The position numbers and the translations under genes are program-made. Below, one piece after another: positions 51,950 to 62,642 of a stretch of DNA of 64,000 bases (its first letter is position 1; the number at the start of each line of letters is the position of its first letter). The stretch spans positions 768,001-832,000 of the forward strand of contig CAVPCT010000005.1 in assembly GCA_963702475.1 (NCBI GenBank). The letters run 5' to 3'. The stretch is from an uncultured Thermoleophilia bacterium. Its GTDB lineage: Bacteria > Actinomycetota > Thermoleophilia > UBA2241. The notes below the pieces were generated by a model, which had not been told where the DNA came from, ran no database searches, and was given only the letters and a program-made list of their open reading frames with translations.

Positions 51950-52194
51950 GCGCGCCGCAGGTACACCTGTCCGGCGCGCGAGACCACCTTGACGCCGGCC
52001 TGCTGCGCCTCGGCGGCCTTGCGCAGCCCGAGCGCCAGCGCCTGCGGCTTGCGCCCGGGCATCTCGACGAGGGCGGAGTCCATGTCCGAGTCGACGAAGT
52101 CGGCGATCACCTGCGTGTACAGGCCACCACCACCGCCCCGCCGGGGCGGCACGACCGCGGGGACGAGCTTGTACTCTTTCGCGCTGCGGGGCAT
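51946..52194 (-). CDS. Small basic hypothetical protein (82 aa)
   Basis: SD GGAGG; MPRSAKEYKLVP...VKVVSRAGQVYLRRA; stop overlaps the MFS start. Confidence 0.7.
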   Translation of the reverse strand: MPRSAKEYKLVPAVVPPRRGGGGGLYTQVIADFVDSDMDSALVEMPGRKPQALALGLRKAAEAQQAGVKVVSRAGQVYLRRA

Positions 52195-52472
52195 GGCCTG
52201 CACCTCCGGTCCACGTCTGGTCATCGCGCGCCTCACGACTGCGCGCCTGCTGCGAGTGTACGCCACGGCAGGTCGCAGGGCAGCGCGCGGCCGGTGGTTG
52301 CGGATGTGCGGCACACGGGAAACAGCCATGTCGACCATCTCACGCGGAGGTTCAGGATGGCCGTGAAGAACGAGACGCTCGTCCCCCTGTTCGACGCTGA
52401 CGTACCAGCTGCGGGCCGCCCTGGCCGCAGGCTTCCGCCTGTACGAGGAGCGCGGCTGGGTGTGAGACCGAT

Positions 52473-52513
52473 GGCGCGACTCTCACCCTCATCTCAAGGG
52501 TGAGAGTCGCGCC
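52473..52513. terminator. Perfect 17-bp inverted repeat (terminator or operator)
   Basis: ggcgcgactctcaccct-catctca-agggtgagagtcgcgcc. Confidence 0.55.
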
Positions 52514-52686
52514 CAGAAAGCCCTCCGCGCACCGAAAGCCCGCCGGCGCAGGCCCCCGCCACGCGGGGGTGAGCGGTGCGACCGCCGGGGGTGCCCTTGA
52601 CGGCCGGCGTCGGGAGGGAAGAACGTTGCCGCAGAGACGATGAGCCGCGGGCCGCACCCGCGGAGGTACGCGCGGAGGGGGCGTCC

Positions 52687-53688
52687 ATGAAGAAGCTGAT
52701 CAACCGGCCCGCGGACGTGGTCCGCGACGAGCTGCGGGGCGTGGCGCTCGCGCATGCCGGCCGCCTCGTCGTACACCTGGACCCTCACTACATCGTGCGG
52801 GCGGACGCCCCGGTGCGCGGCAAGGTGGCCCTCGTGTCCGGCGGCGGCTCGGGGCACGAGCCCATGCACGGAGGATTCGTGGGCCCCGGCATGCTGGACG
52901 CCGCCTGCCCGGGCGAGGTCTTCACGTCGCCGACCCCCGACCAGGTGCTGGAGGCGACCACAGCCGTGGACGGTGGCGCCGGCGTGCTGCACATCGTCAA
53001 GAACTACACCGGCGACGTCATGAACTTCGAGATGGCAGCAGAGCTGGCCGACGCGGAGGGCATCCGCGTCGAGCAGATCGTCATCGACGACGACGTGGCC
53101 GTGCGCGACAGCCTGTACACGGCCGGGCGGCGCGGGGTGGGCGCCACGGTGCTGGCGGAGAAGATCTGCGGCGGCGCGGCTGAGCAGGGGCGGCCGCTCG
53201 CGGAGGTGGCCGCCCTCTGCCGCCGCGTGAACGCCGAGGCGCGCAGCATGGGCGTGGCGCTGACCTCGTGCACGGTACCCATGCGCGGCGTGCCCACGTT
53301 CGCGCTGGCCGACGACCAGATGGAGCTGGGCATCGGCATCCACGGCGAGCCAGGGCGTGAGCAGCGTCCGGTGGCCACGGCACGTGAGATCGTCGAGCTC
53401 CTGGCCGAGGCCGTCGTGGAGGACCTGCCGTTCGCCCGCGGCGACCAGGTCCTCGCCTTCGTCAACGGCATGGGCGGCACCCCACTGATGGAGCTGTACA
53501 TCGTCTTCGGGGAGCTGCACCGGTTCCTGGAGGACCGTGGCATCGCGGTGCGCCGGAGCCTGGTCGGCTCGTACATGACCGCGCTGGACATGACCGGCTG
53601 CTCATTGACACTCCTGCGCCTGGACGACGACCTCACGGCACTGTGGGACGCGCCCGTGGACACGCCCGGCATGAGGTGGGAGGCATGA
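52687..53688 (+). CDS. dhaK: Dihydroxyacetone kinase subunit K
   Basis: [42 protein letters not shown]. Confidence 0.95.
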   Translation: MKKLINRPADVVRDELRGVALAHAGRLVVHLDPHYIVRADAPVRGKVALVSGGGSGHEPMHGGFVGPGMLDAACPGEVFTSPTPDQVLEATTAVDGGAGVLHIVKNYTGDVMNFEMAAELADAEGIRVEQIVIDDDVAVRDSLYTAGRRGVGATVLAEKICGGAAEQGRPLAEVAALCRRVNAEARSMGVALTSCTVPMRGVPTFALADDQMELGIGIHGEPGREQRPVATAREIVELLAEAVVEDLPFARGDQVLAFVNGMGGTPLMELYIVFGELHRFLEDRGIAVRRSLVGSYMTALDMTGCSLTLLRLDDDLTALWDAPVDTPGMRWEA

Positions 53689-54353
53689 GCGCGACGTTCG
53701 CGGCCGATGACACCGTCGCCTGGCTGCGCGCGTTCGCGGCGGCCGTGGCCGAGCACCGCGAGGAGTTGACGGACCTCGACGCGGCCATAGGCGACGCCGA
53801 CCACGGGGTCAACATGGACCGCGGGATGCGGGCCGTCGTGGCGAAGCTGGATGCCGGAGGCGACAGGGACCGGGGACCGGGGCAGCTGCTGAAGACGACA
53901 GGCATGACGCTGGTGTCGACCGTCGGCGGGGCGGCAGGGCCACTGTACGGCACGCTGTTCCTCGACATGGGCAAGGAGGCCGGGGACCGTGACGGACTCG
54001 ACGTGACGGCGGTGGCCGACGCGCTGGAGGCCGGCGTGGCTGGGGTGCGGCGTCGCGGCAAGGCCGAGGCCGGCGACAAGACCATGCTGGACGCGCTGCT
54101 GCCGGCGGCGGCGGCGCTGCGGACCGCCGCCGGCTCCGGCGCGTCCCTCGGCGACGCTCTCGACGCGGCCGCTGCGGCCGCGGAGGCGGGCATGAGGGGG
54201 ACGATACCCCTGGTCGCCCGCAAGGGCCGCGCCAGCTACCTGGGAGAGCGCAGCGCCGGACACCAGGACCCGGGCGCAACCTCGGCCTGGCTCCTGCTCG
54301 CGTCGGCCGCGGAGGCGCTGCGCGAAAGGCCGGCCGGCGGAGAAGCCGGGTGA
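53685..54353 (+). CDS. dhaL: Dihydroxyacetone kinase subunit L
   Basis: [43 protein letters not shown]. Confidence 0.95.
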   Translation: MSATFAADDTVAWLRAFAAAVAEHREELTDLDAAIGDADHGVNMDRGMRAVVAKLDAGGDRDRGPGQLLKTTGMTLVSTVGGAAGPLYGTLFLDMGKEAGDRDGLDVTAVADALEAGVAGVRRRGKAEAGDKTMLDALLPAAAALRTAAGSGASLGDALDAAAAAAEAGMRGTIPLVARKGRASYLGERSAGHQDPGATSAWLLLASAAEALRERPAGGEAG

Positions 54354-54420
54354 GCGCCGGCCCCCGAGACCGAAGGCCGCCCGGCGACGCCCGCTCGGCC
54401 GGCGGAGCCTGAGGCCGCGC

Positions 54421-57072
54421 GTGATAGGCATCGTCCTGGTCAGTCACAGCGAGGAGGTCGCCGCGGGAGTCGCGCGACTGGCGGCGCAGATGGCCGCGCC
54501 GGAGGTCCGCATCGCCCCCGCCGGCGGGCTCGACGAGCCGGGCGTGCTGGGCACGGACGCGGCGAGGGTCGCGCGGGCGATCGATGACGTGTGGTCGGAC
54601 GACGGTGTGCTCGTGCTCATGGACCTGGGCAGCGCCGTGCTCTCGGCGGAGTTCGCCCTGGACCAGCTCGACAACGAGCGACGCGACCGCGTGCTGCTGA
54701 CGGCCGCGCCGCTGGTCGAAGGGGCCGTGGCGGCCGCCGTGACGGCCGGCCTGGGAGAGCCGCTCGAAGCCTGTGCGGCAGCCGCCCGCCGGGGACTGGA
54801 GGCCAAGGCGGCGCAGCTCGGCGAGGAGGCGGCGGGCGGCGAGGCGGCGGCGCCGGACGGCGCAGGCCCGGGAGCGGCGCCGCGGCGCCTGCGCGTGAGG
54901 GTGACGCCGAGGCTCGGGCTGCACGCGCGGCCGGCCGCACTGCTCGTCCGCACCGCCGGCCGGTTCGACGCCCGCGTGACGATCGCCGACGCGACCAACG
55001 GTCGCGGCCCGGTGAGCGCCCGCAGTCTGACGGCGGTCTCGCTCCTGGGCGCCGCGTGCGGGGACGACCTGCTGCTGACGGCCGAGGGACCGGAGGCGGC
55101 GCAGGCGCTGGACGCCGTGCGCCGCCTGAGCGAGGCGGGGTTCGGCGAGCCGGACGAGGCCGGACAGGGTCGTGGAGCGGCGGGTCCCGCCGGCGCGGGC
55201 GGCACGGGGCCGACCCCGGCGGCGCCCGCCGCGACGGTCCCCGCCTCTGCCCGCGGCGCGGGCGAGCGGCCGCCCGCGCCCGGGACGGTGCTCCGCGGCG
55301 TCCCCGCCTCGCCCGGCGCCGCCGTCGGACGTGCCATGACGCTGCGACCGCGGGCCGGTGCCCCGAGCGGTCGGGCGCCCTGCGACCCTGGCGCCGAGTG
55401 GGCGGCGCTGGGCGATGCCCTCGGCGCGGTCGCTCGCGACATCGCCGCCGTCAGGGAGCGCATGGCGCGCGTGGCCGGTTCCGGGGATGCGGGCATCTTC
55501 GATGCCCACCTGCTCTTTCTGGAGGACGAAGGGCTGCTCGACGCGACCCGTGAGGGAGTGTTCGACCGCGGGGAGACCGCCGCCCAGGCTTGGGCGACAG
55601 CCGTCGCCGCGGTCGCTGCGCAGTGGGACGGCCTGGCCGACGCGTACCAGCGCGAGCGGGCCGCGGACCTGCGCGCTGTGAGTGAGCAGCTCCTCACGAG
55701 ACTGCGAGAGAAGGACGAAGAGGCGGGCCGGGGCGGCAGCCGGGGCGCGACACCCGCCGGGACCGGGGCGCGGGTCGCGAAGACGGCCGAACGTGGGTCG
55801 TCTGCCGGGCCGGCCGTCCTCCTGGCGTACGACCTGACGCCGGGGCAGGTCGCCGCCCTGGACACGGCGCTCGTGGCCGGCGTCGCGTGCGCCGCGGGCG
55901 GGCCGACCTCGCACGCGGCGATCCTCGCGAGAGCGCTCGGCGTGCCGGCGGTCGTGGCCGTGGGCCCGGCCGTGCTGGACTTGGCGGAGGGCACCCTCCT
56001 CGCCGTGGACGGCGACGCCGGCACGGTGACGGTCCGGCCCGACGCCGACGCCGTCGACGAAGTACGCAGGCGGCGCGAGCAGGCGGCCGCCAGCTCGGCG
56101 TCCGCGCGGGAGGCGGCCGCCGAGCCGGCGGTGACGCGCGACGGACTGGTGGTCGCCGTGGAGGCCAACGTCACGGACGCGCGGGAGGCGGCGGCCGCGG
56201 TCCAGGCCGGCGCCGACGGCGCCGGCCTGCTGCGCACCGAGTTCCTCTTCCTGGAAGCCGCCACCCCGCCGGGCGAGAACGAGCAGGCGGCCGCGTACGG
56301 CGCCGTCGCGACGGCGCTCGGCGGCCGCCCGCTCACCATCCGCACCCTCGACGCCGGCGCCGACAAGCCACTGGCGTATCTGCCGCTCGAACCTGAGGCC
56401 AACCCCTTCCTCGGGGTGCGCGGCCTGCGCCTGGGACTGGCGCACCCCGAGCACCTGCTCGCTCAGCTGCGCGCCGTGCTCCGCACCGCGGCGCGCTTCC
56501 CGGTGCGAGTGATGTTCCCTATGGTGGCGACCGTGGACGAGCTGCGCCGCGCGCGCGCTCTCGTGGACGACGCGCGCACCTCCCTGCTCGAGCGGGGGAC
56601 CGCGGTGCCCGACGTTCTCGCCACCGGAGTCATGCTGGAGGTCCCGTCCGCGGCCCTGGTCGCAGACATGCTCGCACCCCTCGTCGACTTCTTCTCCGTG
56701 GGCACGAACGACCTGACCCAGTACACACTGGCGGCCGAACGCGGGAACGCCGGTGTCGCCGGCCTGTACGACCCGTTGCACCCGGCCGTGCTGCGCCTGA
56801 TCGGCATGACGGCCGACGCGGCCGCTGCCGCGGACCGCCCCGTGGCGGTCTGCGGCGAGCTCGCGGCCGACCCGCTCGCGGTACCGCTGCTGCTCGGCCT
56901 GGGGGTGCGCGAGCTCTCCGTGGCTCCGGCGTCGGTCGCCCTCGTCAAACAGGCGGTGCGACACACGGACGTCGCGGCGGCGCGGGCCGTGGCGCGCGAG
57001 GCCCTCCGGTCGGAGTCCGGGCAAGACGTGCGGCGTCTGCTCGCCGAGGCGGAGGCGTCAGGCGGAGGCTGA
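54421..57072 (+). CDS. dhaM: DhaM (EIIA)-HPr-Enzyme I multidomain phosphotransfer protein
   Basis: [23 protein letters not shown] (HPr), [12 protein letters not shown] (EI His), [30 protein letters not shown]. Confidence 0.9.
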   Translation: MIGIVLVSHSEEVAAGVARLAAQMAAPEVRIAPAGGLDEPGVLGTDAARVARAIDDVWSDDGVLVLMDLGSAVLSAEFALDQLDNERRDRVLLTAAPLVEGAVAAAVTAGLGEPLEACAAAARRGLEAKAAQLGEEAAGGEAAAPDGAGPGAAPRRLRVRVTPRLGLHARPAALLVRTAGRFDARVTIADATNGRGPVSARSLTAVSLLGAACGDDLLLTAEGPEAAQALDAVRRLSEAGFGEPDEAGQGRGAAGPAGAGGTGPTPAAPAATVPASARGAGERPPAPGTVLRGVPASPGAAVGRAMTLRPRAGAPSGRAPCDPGAEWAALGDALGAVARDIAAVRERMARVAGSGDAGIFDAHLLFLEDEGLLDATREGVFDRGETAAQAWATAVAAVAAQWDGLADAYQRERAADLRAVSEQLLTRLREKDEEAGRGGSRGATPAGTGARVAKTAERGSSAGPAVLLAYDLTPGQVAALDTALVAGVACAAGGPTSHAAILARALGVPAVVAVGPAVLDLAEGTLLAVDGDAGTVTVRPDADAVDEVRRRREQAAASSASAREAAAEPAVTRDGLVVAVEANVTDAREAAAAVQAGADGAGLLRTEFLFLEAATPPGENEQAAAYGAVATALGGRPLTIRTLDAGADKPLAYLPLEPEANPFLGVRGLRLGLAHPEHLLAQLRAVLRTAARFPVRVMFPMVATVDELRRARALVDDARTSLLERGTAVPDVLATGVMLEVPSAALVADMLAPLVDFFSVGTNDLTQYTLAAERGNAGVAGLYDPLHPAVLRLIGMTADAAAAADRPVAVCGELAADPLAVPLLLGLGVRELSVAPASVALVKQAVRHTDVAAARAVAREALRSESGQDVRRLLAEAEASGGG

Positions 57073-57128
57073 CACGCTCTCGGCACGGCGGCCGCGACGC
57101 GACTCCACCGCGAGCCGCGGAGCCGCGC

Positions 57129-58202
57129 TCACCCCGGCCCCGCGGCGAAGGCCTCGTGGTCGGCTACGGCCGCGGCGGTCCGCCGGATGAGCTCGAGGTT
57201 GGCCTCGAGCCTCATCATCCCGCCGACGGCGAGCGAGACGACCATCGCCTCGAACCGGTACACGAGGTGGCTGCGGAAGCGGCACGCCAGGTGCGAGAGG
57301 GAAGGCGCGCCCACCCCGGCGGCCAGCAAGCCGTCGCGGTAGCGCGCGAGGAGCGCGTCCTCGTGGCGGCGCCGCACCTCGGGTGGCAGCGCCGTGGCGA
57401 GGAAGTAGGCCACGTCGCCGACACCCTCGCCGGCACGCACCAGATGCCAGTCGAGCAGCCCCGGGCGGCCGCCGCTCCAGAACAGGTTCCCGGGGTGGAC
57501 GTCGTGGTGGACGAGCGTGCGCGGCCCGGTGGAGAGCTGCCGCATCCAGGCGCGCCGCCCGCGGGCGTAGGCGAGCGCGGGGCCGCGCAGAGCGCCCGGC
57601 ACCGCCGTGCCGGCGCGCCGGAGGCCCGCCAGCATGAGCGGGACGGCCAGGGCCGACCCGAGGGCGTCCTCGGTGTGACGGACCGGACCGGCCAGCCAGC
57701 GGTACTCCGCGTCCAGGGCCGGGTCCTCCCAGAAGCGGGCGTGCAGGCGGGCCAACTCGTCGACGGCCAGGCCCGCCTGCTCCGGCGTCCACGCGTCTCC
57801 CGGTGACCCGGCCGTCGCGCCGTGCTCCGTGACATCCTCGAGAACGAGCGTCGCGCCCCAACCCGGCCGCACCTGTCCGGCCAGCAGACTGGGGCGCAGC
57901 ACCGGTACGTGAGGCGCGATCTCCCGGTAGAAGCGCGCCTCGGCCTGGAGCAGTCGGGGAAGCGCCGTGATCGCGCGGGCCTTCCACCACAGCGACGGCA
58001 GCTTGGCGAACCAGCGTCTGGGCAAGGCGCCTGCGTCGTGCTCGACGGCGATGCGCACCCGGGTCGTGGTGCCGACGTCCACGGAGAGGACCGCGGCCCC
58101 GGCAACCCGCGTGCCCGGCCCGTGGAGCGCCAGGACACGCTGCGCCCAGGCGGCCGTGAGGTCGCCGGGATGCCTGGCAAGGATGCTGGTGTGTGAGTCC
58201 AT
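57129..58202 (-). CDS. APH/ecdysteroid-kinase-like phosphotransferase
   Basis: EARFY, LVLEDV, LARLHARFW, TLVHHDVHPGN, LLDWH. Confidence 0.85.
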   Translation of the reverse strand: MDSHTSILARHPGDLTAAWAQRVLALHGPGTRVAGAAVLSVDVGTTTRVRIAVEHDAGALPRRWFAKLPSLWWKARAITALPRLLQAEARFYREIAPHVPVLRPSLLAGQVRPGWGATLVLEDVTEHGATAGSPGDAWTPEQAGLAVDELARLHARFWEDPALDAEYRWLAGPVRHTEDALGSALAVPLMLAGLRRAGTAVPGALRGPALAYARGRRAWMRQLSTGPRTLVHHDVHPGNLFWSGGRPGLLDWHLVRAGEGVGDVAYFLATALPPEVRRRHEDALLARYRDGLLAAGVGAPSLSHLACRFRSHLVYRFEAMVVSLAVGGMMRLEANLELIRRTAAAVADHEAFAAGPG

Positions 58203-58372
58203 CCCGCCGCAGAGCGTACTGCGGACGCGCTCCCGGCTCACTGGGCTCAGGGCCGACTTCGGTCGACCGACCACGGGCTCGTCCCGGCCCCGCGCACGCT
58301 CTCGCGGGGCCGCCTCAGACCTGCTGCGGGCCGGCGCGCATGGAATCCGGGCCGGCTAGCGGCTGTGCCGCC

Positions 58373-59096
58373 TCACTGCCGGGCGGGCCGGCCTACGGGC
58401 AGCAGATACAGGAGCGTCTCAGCCGGCGGCAGCCCGAGGACGCGGGCGGCCGAGTCGTCCACGAACGCGCCGATGGGCACCGACCCCAGCCCGAGTGCGA
58501 CCGCCTGCAGACAGACGTTCTGGGCCGCGTGACCCGCCTCCAGCGCCACGTACCGCCGCCCCCGTTCGCCGTACTTGCCGGTCGTGCGCGAGAAGTCGGC
58601 CGTAACGACGAGCGTGAGTGGCGCCCGTGCAATGACCTGCTGCGACAGGGCCGCTTGCGCCAGCGACGCGGCGACAGGCCCCGCACGCACGCGCTCCAGG
58701 GAATGGCTCCCGGGCACGTAACGATAGACGCCGGCGAGCAGTCCTGAGACGCGCCCCACGACCACGTAGACCTCCAGCGGGTACAGGGCCCCAGCCGACG
58801 GCGCCGTGCGTCGCCCGCCGACGGGGTCGCTCACGCCCTGCGCCGCCCAGAGCAGCTGCGCCACCTGCTGGATCGTCAGCGAGCCGGCCGCGAAGTCGCG
58901 CACCGACCTCCGCTCCGCCAGCGCCTGCTCGAGCGACATCGCTCCGACCGTGCGAGGCGGCGGCAGCGACACGCACGCCGGAGACGGACGGCGCGGGCGA
59001 CGTCGTGACGACACCGGCGGCGGACCGGCCGCCGCACGCACCCGCGGCCGCCGCGACCAGCGCCAGCACGAGCAGGCTCCCCGCTTCTGCCCGCAC
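58373..59096 (-). CDS. SagB/ThcOx-family nitroreductase-fold oxidoreductase with a lipoprotein-like signal; frameshift at ~58975
   Basis: LAERRSVRDF, LLWAAQG, RTAPSAGALYP, KYGERG.RY..LEAGHAAQN; upstream frame gives LLVLALVAAAAGAC. Confidence 0.85.
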
Positions 59097-59294
59097 AGCG
59101 CCTCTCCGGTGTCCGCCCACGCCCCGGTCCCCTTTCGCTGCGGCCGCGTCCCTCCGCGGACTGCTGCCTGCATGGTCCCCGGCGCGGCGACCGGCCAAGC
59201 CGTACGCCGGCCCGGTGCCGCCGTACGGCCGCGAACCGGACCGGACCGATGCGGCGCACCCGCGCCGGGGAGGCGCTGCCCTATACTCCTGACC

Positions 59295-61202
59295 ATGCCC
59301 GACGCACCCTCGTCAACAGCCCGCGACAGCCACGGTGACTCCCTCGCAGGCGCGCGCGTCGCCCTCGTGGACATGCCGTTCGCGGGCTACCGGCAGCCGT
59401 CGCTCGCGTTCGGGCTGCTGGCGGCGGTGCTGCGCGAGCGGGACGCCGAGGTCGCCGTGATCGACGCGACCCTGGACTTCGCGGCGATGGTCACCCCGGA
59501 GGTGTACGACGTCATCGCCGGCTGGCAGGCGCAGGACCTTCTCGGCGAGCGCGTGTTCGCCGGCCTGACGTCTCGCCCACCCGTGACGACCGACGAGGAT
59601 CACGCGCGGGAGGTGCTGGCCGGGGGCCATCCCGCCCACGACATCATCCACTTCGGCAAGCCGCCGCTGGCGCAGGTGCTGCGCGCCTTGCACGAGGCTC
59701 GTCGTCAGGCGCCGGCCCTGCTCGATGGCTGCCTCGCGGAGCTCGTCTCCCTGAGGCCCCACGTCGTGGGCTTCACCGTGATGTTCGCGCAGCTGACGGC
59801 GTCGCTGGCCCTGGCAGAGCGCGTCAAAGCGGCGCTGCCCGACGCGCTGCTTGTATTCGGCGGCGCCGGCTGCCGCGGCGAGATGGGCGAGGAGCTGCGC
59901 CGCCGGTTCCCCGCCGTCCACGTCGTGGTCGACGGCGAGGGCGAGGCGGCGCTGCCGGACATCGTGCGCGCGCACCTCGCAGGCGATCCGGTCACCCTGG
60001 ACGTTGACCGGACCGCCCGCGAGGCCGACGACGTCGGGGCAACCCCGGTGGACCTCGACGCCCTCCCCTCCCCGGACTTCGGCGACTACTTCGCGCGCCT
60101 CGCGGCCGGCCCCCTGGCGGGCACGTTCACGCCGCGCCTGCCGCTCGAGACCTCGCGCGGCTGCTGGTGGGGAGAGCGGCGACGCTGCACGTTCTGCGGC
60201 CAGGCCAGCGCCGCCCTCGCGTACCGGCACAAGAGCCCGGGGCGGGCGCTGGCCGAGCTCGAGCGCCTGGCGCGGGAGCACCCGGGCTGCCCCGTCTTCT
60301 TCACCGACGAGATCGCGCCGCGTGACGCCTTCCGGACCCTGGTCCCCGAGCTCCCGCGGCGCGTGCCGGGGCTGGAGGCCGTGTACTTCGAGGTGCGCCC
60401 CGATCTCCCGCGGGACGACCTGCAGGCGCTGGCGGCCTCCGGCGTGCATCGCGTGGAGACCGGCATCGAGAGCCTGAGCACGCAGGTCCTCAGGCTCATG
60501 CGCAAGGGCACCACGGCGCTGCAGGGCGTCCGCTTCCTCAAGTGGGCGCGCGAGCTCGGCCTGCACGTGGTGTGGAACCTGCTCTGGGGGATCCCCGGTG
60601 AAGAGCCTTCGGAGTACGGGCGCATGGCGTCTCTCGTCCCGCTGCTCACGCACCTGCAACCCCCCAACACGGTGGGTGAGGTACGGCTGGACCGCTTCTC
60701 GCCGATGTTCGAGGATCCCGAGGCATACGGCCTGACTGACGTGCACGCCGTCCCCGCGTACGGGCACGTCTTCGACCTCCCTCAGGACGACCTGGACCGG
60801 CTGGCCTACTTCTTCGCGTCCTCCTGCCGGCGCCCGCAGCCCCTCGCCGAGTACACCCTGTGGCTTGCAGAGGCCGTGACGGCGTGGAAGGAGAGCTCCG
60901 GCCGCAGTCACCTGTGGTACGTGGACGACGGCGAACGCCTGCTGATCGACGACGGGCGCCCGGCGTTCGCGAGCGACGACCTCACCGTCCTGAGCGGCGC
61001 GCACCGGGCGGCGTATGTGGCCGCCGACGGGGTGGCATCGGCCCAGGAGCTCGGCCGCGCCGTGTCGGCGGCCGAGGGCCGCGAGGTCGGCGCCGCGGAG
61101 CTCCAGGCCCTGCTCGAGCCGCTGCTCGAGCAGGGCCTGATTGCGCGGGAGGGCGCTCGCTTCGTCAGTCTCGCCGCGCGGGCCCCGCGGTCTGCTTCGT
61201 GA
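59295..61202 (+). CDS. RiPP-maturation B12-dependent radical SAM enzyme (TIGR03975-like)
   Basis: VDMPFA...PSLAFGLL, cobalamin-binding VVGFT..FAQ...FGGA, ETSRGCWWGERRRCTFCG (CX7CX2C), GIESLS..VLRLM.KG, WNLLWG.PGE, RLDRFSP.F. Confidence 0.85.
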   Translation: MPDAPSSTARDSHGDSLAGARVALVDMPFAGYRQPSLAFGLLAAVLRERDAEVAVIDATLDFAAMVTPEVYDVIAGWQAQDLLGERVFAGLTSRPPVTTDEDHAREVLAGGHPAHDIIHFGKPPLAQVLRALHEARRQAPALLDGCLAELVSLRPHVVGFTVMFAQLTASLALAERVKAALPDALLVFGGAGCRGEMGEELRRRFPAVHVVVDGEGEAALPDIVRAHLAGDPVTLDVDRTAREADDVGATPVDLDALPSPDFGDYFARLAAGPLAGTFTPRLPLETSRGCWWGERRRCTFCGQASAALAYRHKSPGRALAELERLAREHPGCPVFFTDEIAPRDAFRTLVPELPRRVPGLEAVYFEVRPDLPRDDLQALAASGVHRVETGIESLSTQVLRLMRKGTTALQGVRFLKWARELGLHVVWNLLWGIPGEEPSEYGRMASLVPLLTHLQPPNTVGEVRLDRFSPMFEDPEAYGLTDVHAVPAYGHVFDLPQDDLDRLAYFFASSCRRPQPLAEYTLWLAEAVTAWKESSGRSHLWYVDDGERLLIDDGRPAFASDDLTVLSGAHRAAYVAADGVASAQELGRAVSAAEGREVGAAELQALLEPLLEQGLIAREGARFVSLAARAPRSAS

Positions 61203-61698
61203 CCGGCGGCCCGCCCCGCGCCGCGAGCGCCGCGGCGGCCCGGACCGCCCCTTCCTGCATCGCCGCGGCGGCGTAGCAGAACACCGAAAGCGTCTCGACC
61301 ACCTCGAACGCACGCCCCCGCACCAGCCCCGCCAGCCGGTCGAACGAGCCGATGGGCCCGCCGGCGTGGGTCACGCCGACCACGGCGGGCCGACCCCGCC
61401 CTTCCGGCAGCGCCGCCACGAAGCTGCGCACCGGCGGCGACGACATCCACCCCCAGGTCGGCGAGAAGAGCACCAGAGCGTCGAAGCTGTCGTCGTCGGG
61501 CGCGGCCGTCTCGAGCGCGACCATCGTGCCGGCCATGGCCTCCCGCACACCTCTGATGCCGGCCGAGAAGTACGAGTACTCCCTGGCCGGCACGATGCGC
61601 AGCACCCTCACGTCCTGGCCGGCGAGCATCTCCGCCGTCGCCGCCGCCAGCTTCTCCGTGAAACCGGAGAGCGAGTAGTAGGCGACGAGGACCCTCAC
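61165..61698 (-). CDS. Flavodoxin-like protein
   Basis: VLVAYYSLSGFTEKLA, SPTWG, THAG. Confidence 0.8.
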   Translation of the reverse strand: MRVLVAYYSLSGFTEKLAAATAEMLAGQDVRVLRIVPAREYSYFSAGIRGVREAMAGTMVALETAAPDDDSFDALVLFSPTWGWMSSPPVRSFVAALPEGRGRPAVVGVTHAGGPIGSFDRLAGLVRGRAFEVVETLSVFCYAAAAMQEGAVRAAAALAARGGPPVTKQTAGPARRD

Positions 61699-61758
61699 TG
61701 CAACGTCACCCGGCGCGGCCCGTCCGGCGCCGGTCGGCGCGCCGGCGCTCCGCGGCCG

Positions 61759-62535
61759 TCACTGCGCCGTCCAGCCCCCGTCGATGGTGAACTCCGCGCC
61801 GGTGACCCACTTGGACTCGTCCGAGGCGAGGTACACGTCGAGGTAGGCGATGTCGATAGGCTCCCCGATGAAGCCGATGGGGTGCTGCGCCCCGACCTTC
61901 GCGAAGTACTCGTCGGGGCTCAGGCCGAAATCGGAGGCCTCCTTCTCCGTGAGCGGCGTGTGCACGTAGCCGGGGTGCACCGAGTTCACGCGTATGGAGT
62001 AGCCCTTCTCGCCCATCGCCAGGGCGGCCGACTTGGTCATCACCGTGACGGCGCCCTTGGACGCACAGTACGCGAACAGGCCGGCCTCGGCGATCTGGCC
62101 GTCGATGGACGAGCGGTTCACGATGGAGCACCGCTCGCCGCACTCCTTCATGGCCGCGATGGCGTGCTTCATGCCGAGGAACACGCCGGTGGAATTCACC
62201 GCCATGAGGTGGTCCCACTCCTCGAGCGTGGTCTCCTCCACGTCGTGGCCCAGCGAGATGCCGGCGTTGTTCACCAGCACGTTGACCTTGCCGTGGAGAG
62301 CGACGGTGTCCGCGACCACCCGGCGCCAGTCGTCCTCGCTGCGCACGTCGAGCTTCATGAAGGCCGCGGTGCCGCCGTCGGCGACGATGGCCGCGGCGAC
62401 AGCGCCGCCGGTGACCTCGTCGACGTCGGCGACCACCACGCAGGCGCCCTCCCGTGCGAACAGCGAAGCCGTCGCCGCGCCGATGCCCATGGCCGCGCCG
62501 CTGACGATCGCGACCTTGCCGTCGAGCCTGCCCAT
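61759..62535 (-). CDS. Short-chain dehydrogenase/reductase
   Basis: SGAAMGIG, VNNAG, YCASK, IRVNSVHPG, IDGG. Confidence 0.93.
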   Translation of the reverse strand: MGRLDGKVAIVSGAAMGIGAATASLFAREGACVVVADVDEVTGGAVAAAIVADGGTAAFMKLDVRSEDDWRRVVADTVALHGKVNVLVNNAGISLGHDVEETTLEEWDHLMAVNSTGVFLGMKHAIAAMKECGERCSIVNRSSIDGQIAEAGLFAYCASKGAVTVMTKSAALAMGEKGYSIRVNSVHPGYVHTPLTEKEASDFGLSPDEYFAKVGAQHPIGFIGEPIDIAYLDVYLASDESKWVTGAEFTIDGGWTAQ

Positions 62536-62642
62536 AAGTCAGCTCCTTTCGGGATCACTGTGCGTGACGCCCGGCCGCAGCCGGCCACCGGGGCCGCCGG
62601 CCGGGCGCTCGACCGCGACGGCTCCCGGCCGCCGCGGGCCGG

